A stretch of 27,088 bases of DNA from Verrucomicrobiota bacterium (GTDB taxonomy: Bacteria; Verrucomicrobiota; Verrucomicrobiia; Limisphaerales; CANJSG01). The notes below the pieces were generated by a model. It ran no database searches. It saw only the letters and a program-made list of their open reading frames with translations, and was not told the DNA's origin. This document shows, one piece after another, positions 17,772 to 26,071 of this stretch. The stretch spans positions 1 through 27,088 of the forward strand of contig JBBQXJ010000064.1 in the NCBI GenBank assembly GCA_038209745.1, read 5' to 3'. The stretch's first letter is position 1, and every line of letters begins with the position of its first letter. The position numbers were made by a program, and so were the translations under genes.

Positions 17772-19180
17772 TATCGTCGTCCCGACTTGTCCCCGTCCAG
17801 CCCCCTCAGCCATGCCTCGGCTTCGCTGGGCTTGGACTCGAATGGATTGAGCAGCTGGAGCGGATTGCCGCCTTCGGCTCCGATGATCTCCCAGTCGAGA
17901 TAGTAGGACGAACCGCGCCGTTGCAGCTCCCGCATCAGACCGGACCGGGCCGCCGCGCGGGAATCCGCCGGGGCCCGGAGCAGGGCTTCGGTGATCTCGG
18001 CCACCGGCACGTCCCATTCCGGGGGCGGCTTGGCCAGCGCGAGGCCCAGGCTCCGGTCGGGATCGACGGCGTGGAACTCAAGATCCTGCGACTTCAACCA
18101 AGGATCGTCCCAGGTCAGCCCTTCCTGCGCGCGGAACTGTTCGAGCAGCCAGCGCTTGGTGATCCAGTCGACCCGGCCCACCAGGTTTTCCGGGGTTCCC
18201 GCGAGCTGGACGAGCGTGTCCTTCCAGCGGGCCAGGAGAAAATCCGTCTCCGCGTCGCGACCCCGGAATTCGGCCGTCGCCGCGTCGCAATAGAGCGCCA
18301 ACATTTCGACGGCGTCGATTTCGCGACCGTCGGCCAGCTCCACCGTCCACGGCCCGTCGAGTTGGTGCGAGAGTTGGCGGAGCACTTGGACGGAGTCCAC
18401 CAAGGCGACCTTGGGCAAGTGGTCGATCTCCAACAGATCGAGGACAAGGGAAGTGGTGCCCACCTTCAACAGGAGTGAATCCGACAGCACGTTCGCATCG
18501 CCGTGCAGGAGATGGAGCCGGCGGTAGCGTCGCGCGTCGCCCAACGGTTCGTCGCGCGTGTTGATGATGGCGCGGTTGAACTGAACCCATTCAAAAAGGT
18601 CGTTGTTGATGTAGTCGGCCCGCTGGCTGATCTGGAAGAGGTTCTGCTCGCCCGGCCGCGTCAGATCGCCGCGCATCTCGGAGGCATGGGTGGATCCGAC
18701 CCGTCCGGCCCCGGTGTAGAGCACCCGCACCGTGAGGAACGCGAGGAGCGAATGGACGTTCTCCTCGGTCAAAGGAGCCGCTCGCCGAACAAGGTAGTTT
18801 TCGTGGCATCCGAAGGTCGCGCCGGAGTAGTGGTCGATGTTGTTCCGGATGAAGGCGACCTGCTCGGCGATGCCGAGATCCTTCGTCGCTTGGAGCACCA
18901 TGGCGTCACCGGCCCGATCGTAGCGCAGCACGTCGACCAGGGAGAGGCATTCGGGCGTGCAGTATTCTAGGTGGCCCATGTCCACATAGGCGCGACCGCC
19001 GTTGAAGAGGAACCCGCCGTTGCCCGCCGGTTCGTCCCAGTCACGCTGGTGTATGTCGATCAGTCCGTAGCGCTGTTGGGCGAAGATCCAGTCGCGCACC
19101 CGGGTGACCGCTCCCGGAACTCCGGGAAGGTCGTCGGCGAGGCAGCCGTATTCTGTTTCGAGCCCGACGATGCGGTTCAT
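17771..19180 (-). CDS. pafA: Pup/UBact ligase-deamidase family protein (PafA-like, 469 aa)
   Basis: [67 protein letters not shown] and [21 protein letters not shown], plus VDWITK. An AGGAG RBS precedes ATG 19180. Its position after prcA favours the ligase rather than Dop. Confidence 0.88.
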   Translation of the reverse strand: MNRIVGLETEYGCLADDLPGVPGAVTRVRDWIFAQQRYGLIDIHQRDWDEPAGNGGFLFNGGRAYVDMGHLEYCTPECLSLVDVLRYDRAGDAMVLQATKDLGIAEQVAFIRNNIDHYSGATFGCHENYLVRRAAPLTEENVHSLLAFLTVRVLYTGAGRVGSTHASEMRGDLTRPGEQNLFQISQRADYINNDLFEWVQFNRAIINTRDEPLGDARRYRRLHLLHGDANVLSDSLLLKVGTTSLVLDLLEIDHLPKVALVDSVQVLRQLSHQLDGPWTVELADGREIDAVEMLALYCDAATAEFRGRDAETDFLLARWKDTLVQLAGTPENLVGRVDWITKRWLLEQFRAQEGLTWDDPWLKSQDLEFHAVDPDRSLGLALAKPPPEWDVPVAEITEALLRAPADSRAAARSGLMRELQRRGSSYYLDWEIIGAEGGNPLQLLNPFESKPSEAEAWLRGLDGDKSGRR

Positions 19181-19191
19181 GCTCCGGTCTC

Positions 19192-19932
19192 CTAGAGCCC
19201 CAACGACTCCCGCGACAGCGTTTCGAAACGGGCCAGCTTGGCCGCACGACGCGACAACCAGCCGATCTCGACGACCCGATCCTGCAAGTCCGTCTTCCAG
19301 CCCGCCGTGCGTTCGGCCTGATCCGGCGCTTCGGCTCCGAGCGGCTTGGCGTGCGTCAAACACCACCAGGTTTCCAGCATCCGAGCCGCCGCTTCCGCGG
19401 GTTGGCTGGAAGCGTTGAGGTGCGAATGGAGAAACGCGGCCGCTTCGGTCTCGCGCCCGGGCTGGCTCGCCGCCACGAGAATGCCGCCGTGCCGCGACTG
19501 GAACGTCCCGTCGAACCGAAGCCGGAAGAGAAGGTCCTTTTCCGGCGAGTCGCCCAGTTCCGCCAAGATCAGCTCGATCAGGAAAGGCGCGGAAAAAATC
19601 TGTTCAAACGCCGTTTTCAGCTGCGGACCCAGTCCGAAGCCGATCAACCGTCGCAGGCTCACGTCTTCCGGAGCGCGCGTGAAGGCCTCCAAATGCGCGG
19701 CATCGATCGCCGCTTGGCGGATCTTTTCAATGTCCGCTGGATGGCCCAGTCCGGCCATCGCATGCCGGTCGAAAAGCTCGAACACCTTCGACTGCCCGCT
19801 GCCGACGCCGAGCAACAGGATTCCGTCGTCCAGACTGGCGGCGAAGACGGGAGAGCCGTCCTTCAACTGCTCACGGACGTAGTCGCGGCGGTTCGCGACC
19901 GCTTCGAGCCAACGATAGGGTTCTTCGGTCAT
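19192..19932 (-). CDS. prcA: 20S proteasome alpha subunit (246 aa)
   Basis: MTEEPYRWLEAVANRRDYVREQLKDGSPV..., SKVFELFDRHAMAGLGHPAD, FTRAPEDVS and PFLIELILAELG..FDG align with bacterial PrcA. ATG 19932 overlaps the beta stop (ATGA). Confidence 0.85.
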   Translation of the reverse strand: MTEEPYRWLEAVANRRDYVREQLKDGSPVFAASLDDGILLLGVGSGQSKVFELFDRHAMAGLGHPADIEKIRQAAIDAAHLEAFTRAPEDVSLRRLIGFGLGPQLKTAFEQIFSAPFLIELILAELGDSPEKDLLFRLRFDGTFQSRHGGILVAASQPGRETEAAAFLHSHLNASSQPAEAAARMLETWWCLTHAKPLGAEAPDQAERTAGWKTDLQDRVVEIGWLSRRAAKLARFETLSRESLGL

Positions 19933-20702
19933 GCCTGTAGCCACTCCTTCTGTTCCGCATCGGTGATCGTCACCACGCCTTCTGGCTTCAACAGCTTCAA
20001 CGTCGCGAAGCTGTCCGTCGTCGGATCCACCCCGCCCGTGGCCGAGTCGAACTCCGACGCCGTGATCAACAGCCGCAGGGCGAACTGGACCGCTTCCTTG
20101 ATCTTCATCTCCGTCGGCTTCGGCGATCCGTGCCGTTCCTGGAAGCTGAGCACGCTGCGGATCGAGCCCGAACCCGAACCTGAAGCCGCGTATCCGACCG
20201 CTTGGAACTGCGCACCCAGCGGGTCGTAGAAGTAGATCCTCGGCTTCGCCGGAACCGTGGAGGTATCGAGCCCGGCGAAGAGAGGCGCCACGATCCCGAT
20301 CCCTTGGAGGGTCATCGGAAGATTGTCGCGGAGCAGCCGCGCGAGGGCGCGCACCTTGGCCGGCAGACTGAGCGACTGCAGCTGGCTGCGCCGGTAGTAC
20401 TCGAAGGACGTCTGCATCACGCGCGCCATCTCGAAAGCCGTGGCCGGAACCCCGGCAATGGCGAGGAGCGACGTGGCGTCGATCTCCAGCACCTTGTCGA
20501 CGCGGTCGGTGACGATCTGGTTGCCGGCGGTGGCCCGCCGATCCCCGGCCATTAAGACTCCGTCGGCACACTGGAAAGCAAAGACGGTGGTCGCCTGCGT
20601 GGGAGTGAACCCGCCGGCTCCGCCCACAACGTCGGGCCGGAAAGGAGCAAGGCTGTTTCCGGCCAGAAGGGAGAGAAAATCGCCCGCGATGGATTGCGTC
20701 AT
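19929..20702 (-). CDS. prcB: 20S proteasome beta subunit with propeptide (257 aa)
   Basis: 37-aa propeptide then TTVFAF. Numbering from that Thr gives Asp17 (AGDRRAT) and Lys33 (VDKV), and SGSGS and DSATGG are also present. ATG overlaps the UBact stop (ATGA). Confidence 0.92.
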   Translation of the reverse strand: MTQSIAGDFLSLLAGNSLAPFRPDVVGGAGGFTPTQATTVFAFQCADGVLMAGDRRATAGNQIVTDRVDKVLEIDATSLLAIAGVPATAFEMARVMQTSFEYYRRSQLQSLSLPAKVRALARLLRDNLPMTLQGIGIVAPLFAGLDTSTVPAKPRIYFYDPLGAQFQAVGYAASGSGSGSIRSVLSFQERHGSPKPTEMKIKEAVQFALRLLITASEFDSATGGVDPTTDSFATLKLLKPEGVVTITDAEQKEWLQA

Positions 20703-20872
20703 TGGCCGGTGCGTTGGCGATAGCGCTTGGCTTGGTCTGGATCGACCTTCCGCATCCGTTTCAAGAGCTCGTCGGTGTTGGGCTTGTCGACATTGGGAGC
20801 GGAGGGGCCTTCACCTCCGCCACCGCCGGAGCCGGGAGTCATGGGGCGTGTTTTTTGGGCTTGGTCAGGCAT
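20699..20872 (-). CDS. ubact: UBact, ubiquitin/Pup-analogous protein modifier (57 aa); not in the supplied ORF track
   Basis: Hand translation: MPDQAQKTRPMTPGSGGGGGEGPSAPNVDKPNTDELLKRMRKVDPDQAKRYRQRTGQ*. The C-terminal LLKRMRKVDP..AKRYRQRTG[EQ] is the UBact signature, and the stop overlaps the prcB start. Confidence 0.93.
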   Translation of the reverse strand: MPDQAQKTRPMTPGSGGGGGEGPSAPNVDKPNTDELLKRMRKVDPDQAKRYRQRTGQ

Positions 20873-21420
20873 AACGTCTACGAGGCTTCAGGGGTTGTCC
20901 TATCCGCGCCAAATTCGCAGAATTCTCCGCCTGCGCAAGGGCGGGAAGACACGACAGCGGAAACCATCAAACATTCGGAGGATCTCTTCAAAACAGCGAG
21001 GCCATGAGTGCCCGACGACGGGGTCCAAGACGTCGAACAGAAGGCCACCAACCCACAAACATACGGGCCTTTCTGAACAAATTCTCCCAACGGAGACTCG
21101 GGATACCGCGAATGCGCCCCAGCCCGGGCAAGGCCGACGTGTCGAAGACGAATCGATGGACTACCCCGCCCGCCCGTCGCCGGTCGGTTGAACTGGCAAT
21201 GTCGGAAGGATCCACCACGAGAAATGAAAAACCTTTGGCGCTCTGGAATCCGTCGAGAAATCCAACTCCCAACAAAAGCTCCACCTGCAACCCCACACAA
21301 CGGTGAGGTCGATCTGCAACGGGTCCCCGGCGAGGTGCGGGTAAGAAGTCCGCGTCGCCGTCCGTTGGGGGGATCCTTCTTGCCGGGCAACTTTGCTGCT
21401 GTTGAAATGATCCTACGCGT

Positions 21421-23400
21421 ATGTTTGAGAGATCAACGGTGTCGCTTTGGGTTCTGATGGGCACGGGGCTTCTTGCCTCGGCGGCGGTAGTAACAGGCGT
21501 TCCCGAGGGGGTATCGCAATGGTCCGGGCGGGAAGGGAAGACCATTCCCGTTCCGGTGAAGAATGTGCAGTTCGAGGGCGGCTTTTGGGGGCCGAAGATG
21601 CACATCTACAAGGACCGCACCATCCCACATTCTTGGTTGTACATGGGCTACGATATCCGGTCGTTGCGAAAAGCGGCGGGGGAGAAGACCGACGGCCCGT
21701 TCAACAACACCTGGGGCGAAGCCAATCTCTACAAGTTCATTGAAACCATCGCCCATTCTCTCGGGACGTTCCCGGATGACGCGTTGGAAAAGCAGGTCGA
21801 CGAGATCGTCGACCTCATTGGCCGCGCACAACGCTCCAACGGCTACGCGCATGTATTCATCATCAACGAAGGCAAACCGGCGTGGGATCCTGAGTTTCTG
21901 GACGGTTCCCACGACGGCTACGTGTTGGGGCATCTGATCGAGGCGGCCATCGAGTATCAGGCCAACACCGGAAAACGAGCTCTGCTGGAGATCGCCTGCA
22001 AAGCGGCCGACGAAGCCTATGAGCATTTTCTGGGGCCGAACGGGGCGCCCGGCTTTTGTGGGCACGCCGAGCTGGAGATGGCTTTGGTCGAACTTTCGCG
22101 TGCCACCGGTCGCGCCAAATACGTCGAGTTGGCGCGGGCTTTTATCGAATGGCGCGGTCGCGGTCTGGTGAAGCCCTATGGCGCGACGCCGAGGGCCTAT
22201 TTCCAGGATGCCGTCCCGCTGCGTCAGCAGGTGAACTTGGACGGCCACGCAGTCAGGGCCACTTTCTTCGCAACCGGAGTGGCGGATCTCGCCTTGGCGA
22301 CAGGCGAAGCCGACTACCGCCTCGCGGCCAATCGTTTCTGGGACAGCGTCACCCATCGACGAATGACCATCACCGGCAGCACCGGCCCCCGTCAGGAACA
22401 TGAGGCCTTCGGCGAGGATTACGAACTGCCCAACAACGGCTATTACGAGTCATGCGCGGCCTGCGGATTATTGAATTTCTCCCAGCGGATGTTTCTTTTG
22501 GAAGGCCGATCCGAATCCGGCGACGTGCTGGAGCGCGTGCTTTACAACGCGGTCCTCCACGGCATCTCGCTCGACGGGACGAACTCCTATTATCAGAACC
22601 CGCTGAGCGACGCAGATCACCCGCGTTACAATTCTTGGGTCTGTTGCCCGCCCAATCTCTCTCGCACGGTCTTCCAAGTCGGTCGGTACGCCTACGCCTC
22701 CGGCGGACAGGATGTATTCTTCAACCTCTACGTGGCCGGGATGGTCCACGCCCCGCTTACAGCGGGCTCGGTGTCCTTGAAAGTTGAGACCGATTACCCG
22801 TGGGAGGGCAGAGTGAAGATCACCGTCAGCTCCGGTGGACCAGGGCGATTCGCCTTGAACCTCCGTTGGCCGGGTTGGTGCGAAACCGCAACCCTCAAGG
22901 TCAACGGCCAAGCGATAGATCCGCTCCGCAAGACCGATCGCGGCTACCTCCGTTTGGAGCGCGAGTGGCGAGGGGACGATGTCGTCGAGTTCAACATGGA
23001 GATGCCCGTCCGCCTCATCGAGGCGCATCCGCTGATCAAGGATTGTGTGGGCAAAGCGGCCCTTCAACGCGGCCCGCTCATCTATGGATTCGAAGGGATC
23101 GACAACCACGGAAAGGCTGCCCTGGAACTCGGGGACAGCCCTCGATTCGAGGTGGAGGACCGCCCGGACCTTCTGGGTGGCATCCGCGTGGTGACGGGCT
23201 GGGACGCGGATGGCAAGCCGATCATGGCCGTTCCATTTTTCGCCATGGCCAACCGTGAGAAGACCAGCCAGGAAGTTTGGACCGTCCAGCGCGGACTCAA
23301 ACCTAGCGATGCTTGGTGGGAAGGTCGCCTTTACCGCGATGCCCACGGGACCATGACCAAATCCATCGCCCCTAGCCCCACCCAGAAGGACGCCAAGTAG
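21421..23400 (+). CDS. Glycoside hydrolase family 127 (beta-L-arabinofuranosidase-like), secreted
   Basis: N-terminal signal-like segment; YKFIE, SHDGYVLGHLIEAA, GHAELEMALVEL, GHAVRA, EAFGEDYELPN, YESCAAC and CCPPN (Zn/Cys nucleophile motifs). The C-terminal part has TDYPWEG and LQRGPLIY. Confidence 0.9.
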   Translation: MFERSTVSLWVLMGTGLLASAAVVTGVPEGVSQWSGREGKTIPVPVKNVQFEGGFWGPKMHIYKDRTIPHSWLYMGYDIRSLRKAAGEKTDGPFNNTWGEANLYKFIETIAHSLGTFPDDALEKQVDEIVDLIGRAQRSNGYAHVFIINEGKPAWDPEFLDGSHDGYVLGHLIEAAIEYQANTGKRALLEIACKAADEAYEHFLGPNGAPGFCGHAELEMALVELSRATGRAKYVELARAFIEWRGRGLVKPYGATPRAYFQDAVPLRQQVNLDGHAVRATFFATGVADLALATGEADYRLAANRFWDSVTHRRMTITGSTGPRQEHEAFGEDYELPNNGYYESCAACGLLNFSQRMFLLEGRSESGDVLERVLYNAVLHGISLDGTNSYYQNPLSDADHPRYNSWVCCPPNLSRTVFQVGRYAYASGGQDVFFNLYVAGMVHAPLTAGSVSLKVETDYPWEGRVKITVSSGGPGRFALNLRWPGWCETATLKVNGQAIDPLRKTDRGYLRLEREWRGDDVVEFNMEMPVRLIEAHPLIKDCVGKAALQRGPLIYGFEGIDNHGKAALELGDSPRFEVEDRPDLLGGIRVVTGWDADGKPIMAVPFFAMANREKTSQEVWTVQRGLKPSDAWWEGRLYRDAHGTMTKSIAPSPTQKDAK

Positions 23401-23424
23401 CCGGTGAAACAGGAGCCCGATAGG

Positions 23425-25986
23425 ATGGCCGTGACCGCCTTGTTCGCTGCGATCCCGCTGCTGCGTCGCGCGGGTTTCCGCCTGTGGCTGATGGCCATGC
23501 TGCTTGCCGTGATCCCGCTGCGGGCCGGCGATGTGGTGCTCGGCGCGGACTTCTCCGTCCACACCGGAACCCTCCGTCCGCTCCACGGCATCAACAAAGG
23601 GCCGCTGGCCCCGGGCGGAATCTTCGACGTGATCAAGGAGCAGAAGGAATTGGGGATTCCGTTCACGCGACTGCATGACTGCGGTTGGCCCAATCCATAT
23701 GTGGTCGATCACCATGTGGTTTTCCCCGATCCAAAAGCTGATCCAGCGTTGCCCGGGAGTTACGATTTTCGGCTCACCGACGAGTATATCGACGCGGTGC
23801 GCAAGACCGGCGCGGAACCGATCTACCGGTTGGGCGAGAGCATCGAGCACACCAGCGTAAAGCGCTTCGTGCATCCGCCCGCGGACATGGACAAGTGGGC
23901 GGCGGTCAGTGTCGGGATCATCCGGCATTACAACGAAGGCTGGGCCGGTGGATTCCATCACCACATCCGCTACTGGGAGATCTGGAACGAGCCCGAGAAC
24001 CGGCCCGTGATGTGGAGCGGAACAGACGAGGACTATCTGCGGCTCTACCGCACCGCCGCGACGGCCATAAAGAAGCAGTTCCCCGACCTGAAAGTTGGCG
24101 GGCCCGCGCTCGGTGCCAGCGGCCATTTTGTAGGGGGAGAGTTCCGCCCCACGGATTTTGCCGTGAACTTTTTGGCCATGTGCCGCAATGACAACGTCCC
24201 GCTGAATTTCTTCTCGTGGCACTGTTACACAGCCGATCCCGCCGAGCTTTCATCTCGCTCCCGGGCCATCCGGAGGCTGCTGGATTCAAAAGGCTTCACC
24301 GAGACCGAGAGCCACCTCAATGAATGGAACTATCTTCCCGGCAATGATTGGGGACCCATCACGCGCTCCGGGACGCCCGTCGCTCGCCAGCACACCTACG
24401 ATGCGATGTCCGGTGCACCAGGAGCGGCCTTCGCCGCCGCCGCGTTGCTGGAACTCCAGGACGCGCCCGTGAACGTCTGCAATTTCTTCCACGGCGAACT
24501 GGGAGCCTTCGGCATGTTCACCGAGCAAGGCGTCCCGCTGAAGGTTTACCAGGCCTTTCGGGCGTTTCAGGGGCTGATGGAGACGCCCAGACGCGTGGAA
24601 ACCCGCGGAGCCGTTGCGGGCGAGCTGGCCTTCGCTGCCGGGCTGAGTGCCGACGGCCGCGAAGCGACCCTGCTGGTGAGCAATTTTGCCGACCTGCGTT
24701 CGGAAGTGGTCGTGAAGTGGAAAGGCTTCTCGTGGACGGGAGGAGTAAACGCGGAGATCCGCACCGTCGATGCCGCAAACGATTTCAAGGATGCGCGGAA
24801 CGAGCCTCTCGCGGACGAAGCCCATGGACTTCGTCTTTCCCTGAAGGCACCGGCCGTGGTGATGGTCCGTTTGCGCCCCGCGGATGGCGCGATGGCGAAG
24901 ACGAAGTTGTCGGTGGCTTCACCTGCGAACCGATTGGTGTTCCAACGCGGTTTGGCGGGATCGTCAAAGGTCTCAGTGTCCGGCAACTGCGCATGGCCAG
25001 GGGCGGCGGTCGAGGCGCGGATGGTCGATGTCGACACGGGCAAGGCCGGCGATTGGATCACGCTGGGAACGGTCCAACCGGACGACACGTACCGGGGCGG
25101 CTTCACCGTCGCGGCCGGCTGGTATTCGCTGGAAGTCCGTGCGCGGGACAAGGAGCACTCGGCCACCGCGTCCGTGGAACGGGTCGGCGTGGGCGAGGTG
25201 TTTGTAGTCGTGGGTCATTCGGTGGCGCATGGCGGCCCGATCAATCTTCCCGGTGCCGATGACGACCGCGTGAGCACCATCGCGCTGCCGGCCGGCGATA
25301 TGGAATCGCAGTGGCAGTATAAGTTCACCGGCGACCCGCGCTACTTGCCGGACGCGGTGGGACGACACTTCGATTCCAACGTGCAACCGGCTCCGGCCGG
25401 GAATGGCACCTACTTTTGGGCGACGTTCGCAGAGCATGTCGCCAAGGAACAAAACGTGCCGGTGCTGATCCTCAACGCCGCCTTTGGCGGATCCAGCTTG
25501 GAGCACTGGGCCAAATCTGCTCGCGGTGAACTCTTCGCGCACCCTTTCATCCGCTCGTCGATTCGCATGCCCTACATCCAACTGGAGCACGCGCTGACGA
25601 AGTATTGTTCCGTCACGGGCCTGCGGGCGATTCTCGCCGATCAGGGCCAGAACGACTGGCCGGAGAAGGACGAGAACAAGATCCTCGCGAACTATCAGGC
25701 GTGGATCGAGCAGGCTCGCAAAGACACGGGTTTCCCGAGACTTGCCTTGGTGGTGAATCGCCAATCGCCTCCTGGGAGCTTCGGCCAGATTCGGCGGGTG
25801 CAGGATCGCATGATCAAAGAATACCCCGATTGTTTCGCCGGACCAGACTACGACACTCTCTCGAAGGACGATACCGTGGACAAAGTCCACCTCAGCGAAT
25901 CCGGCGCCAAGAAGGCGGCTCAACTCTGGTCCAAAGCCCTGGATGAGATGTTTTTCGAAGCCTCAGTTCCTTTGCTTCCAAAGTAG
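23425..25986 (+). CDS. GH39-like (clan GH-A) glycoside hydrolase fused to an SGNH/SASA-type acetylesterase domain
   Basis: Signal peptide, then TRLHD, YRLGESIE, YWEIWNEPE (acid/base), LKVGGP, FFSWHCY and HLNEWNY (nucleophile). From about 24900: NRLVFQR, VGVGEVFVVVGHS, AFGGSSLEHW, DQGQND and DKVHL. ATG 23425 has an AGGAG RBS at 23411-23415; the track start is GTG 23404. Confidence 0.78.
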   Translation: MAVTALFAAIPLLRRAGFRLWLMAMLLAVIPLRAGDVVLGADFSVHTGTLRPLHGINKGPLAPGGIFDVIKEQKELGIPFTRLHDCGWPNPYVVDHHVVFPDPKADPALPGSYDFRLTDEYIDAVRKTGAEPIYRLGESIEHTSVKRFVHPPADMDKWAAVSVGIIRHYNEGWAGGFHHHIRYWEIWNEPENRPVMWSGTDEDYLRLYRTAATAIKKQFPDLKVGGPALGASGHFVGGEFRPTDFAVNFLAMCRNDNVPLNFFSWHCYTADPAELSSRSRAIRRLLDSKGFTETESHLNEWNYLPGNDWGPITRSGTPVARQHTYDAMSGAPGAAFAAAALLELQDAPVNVCNFFHGELGAFGMFTEQGVPLKVYQAFRAFQGLMETPRRVETRGAVAGELAFAAGLSADGREATLLVSNFADLRSEVVVKWKGFSWTGGVNAEIRTVDAANDFKDARNEPLADEAHGLRLSLKAPAVVMVRLRPADGAMAKTKLSVASPANRLVFQRGLAGSSKVSVSGNCAWPGAAVEARMVDVDTGKAGDWITLGTVQPDDTYRGGFTVAAGWYSLEVRARDKEHSATASVERVGVGEVFVVVGHSVAHGGPINLPGADDDRVSTIALPAGDMESQWQYKFTGDPRYLPDAVGRHFDSNVQPAPAGNGTYFWATFAEHVAKEQNVPVLILNAAFGGSSLEHWAKSARGELFAHPFIRSSIRMPYIQLEHALTKYCSVTGLRAILADQGQNDWPEKDENKILANYQAWIEQARKDTGFPRLALVVNRQSPPGSFGQIRRVQDRMIKEYPDCFAGPDYDTLSKDDTVDKVHLSESGAKKAAQLWSKALDEMFFEASVPLLPK

Positions 25987-26071
25987 CGTGCCGCCGACCT
26001 TACGCGCGTTGACGATATGCGAAGGGAACGCTGGAGGTGGACCCGGCGATGGCGGTTGGGCAGTGGCTCCT

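Noticed and set aside
19192..20571. 459-aa ORF as the full proteasome alpha subunit
   Set aside because: The first 213 aa are an off-frame overlap with prcB; homology begins at ATG 19932. The track extensions of pafA (19366) and the ferredoxin (18017) were trimmed for the same reason.
20699..20872. Calling the small modifier Pup
   Set aside because: It lacks the Pup C-terminus (F/YVQKGG[EQ]) and instead has the UBact-type RYRQRTGQ.
21321..21376. GC-rich stem-loop upstream of GH127 (CGGCGA...TCGCCG) as a riboswitch or tRNA
   Set aside because: No cloverleaf, T-loop or recognisable riboswitch consensus; such stems arise easily at this GC content.
20878..21390. 170-aa minus-strand ORF upstream of ubact as a dop or arc remnant
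   Set aside because: No PafA/Dop or AAA motifs in this or the other listed frames; composition looks non-coding.
22468..24222. 584-aa minus-strand ORF
   Set aside because: Antisense shadow across the GH127 and GH39-like genes.
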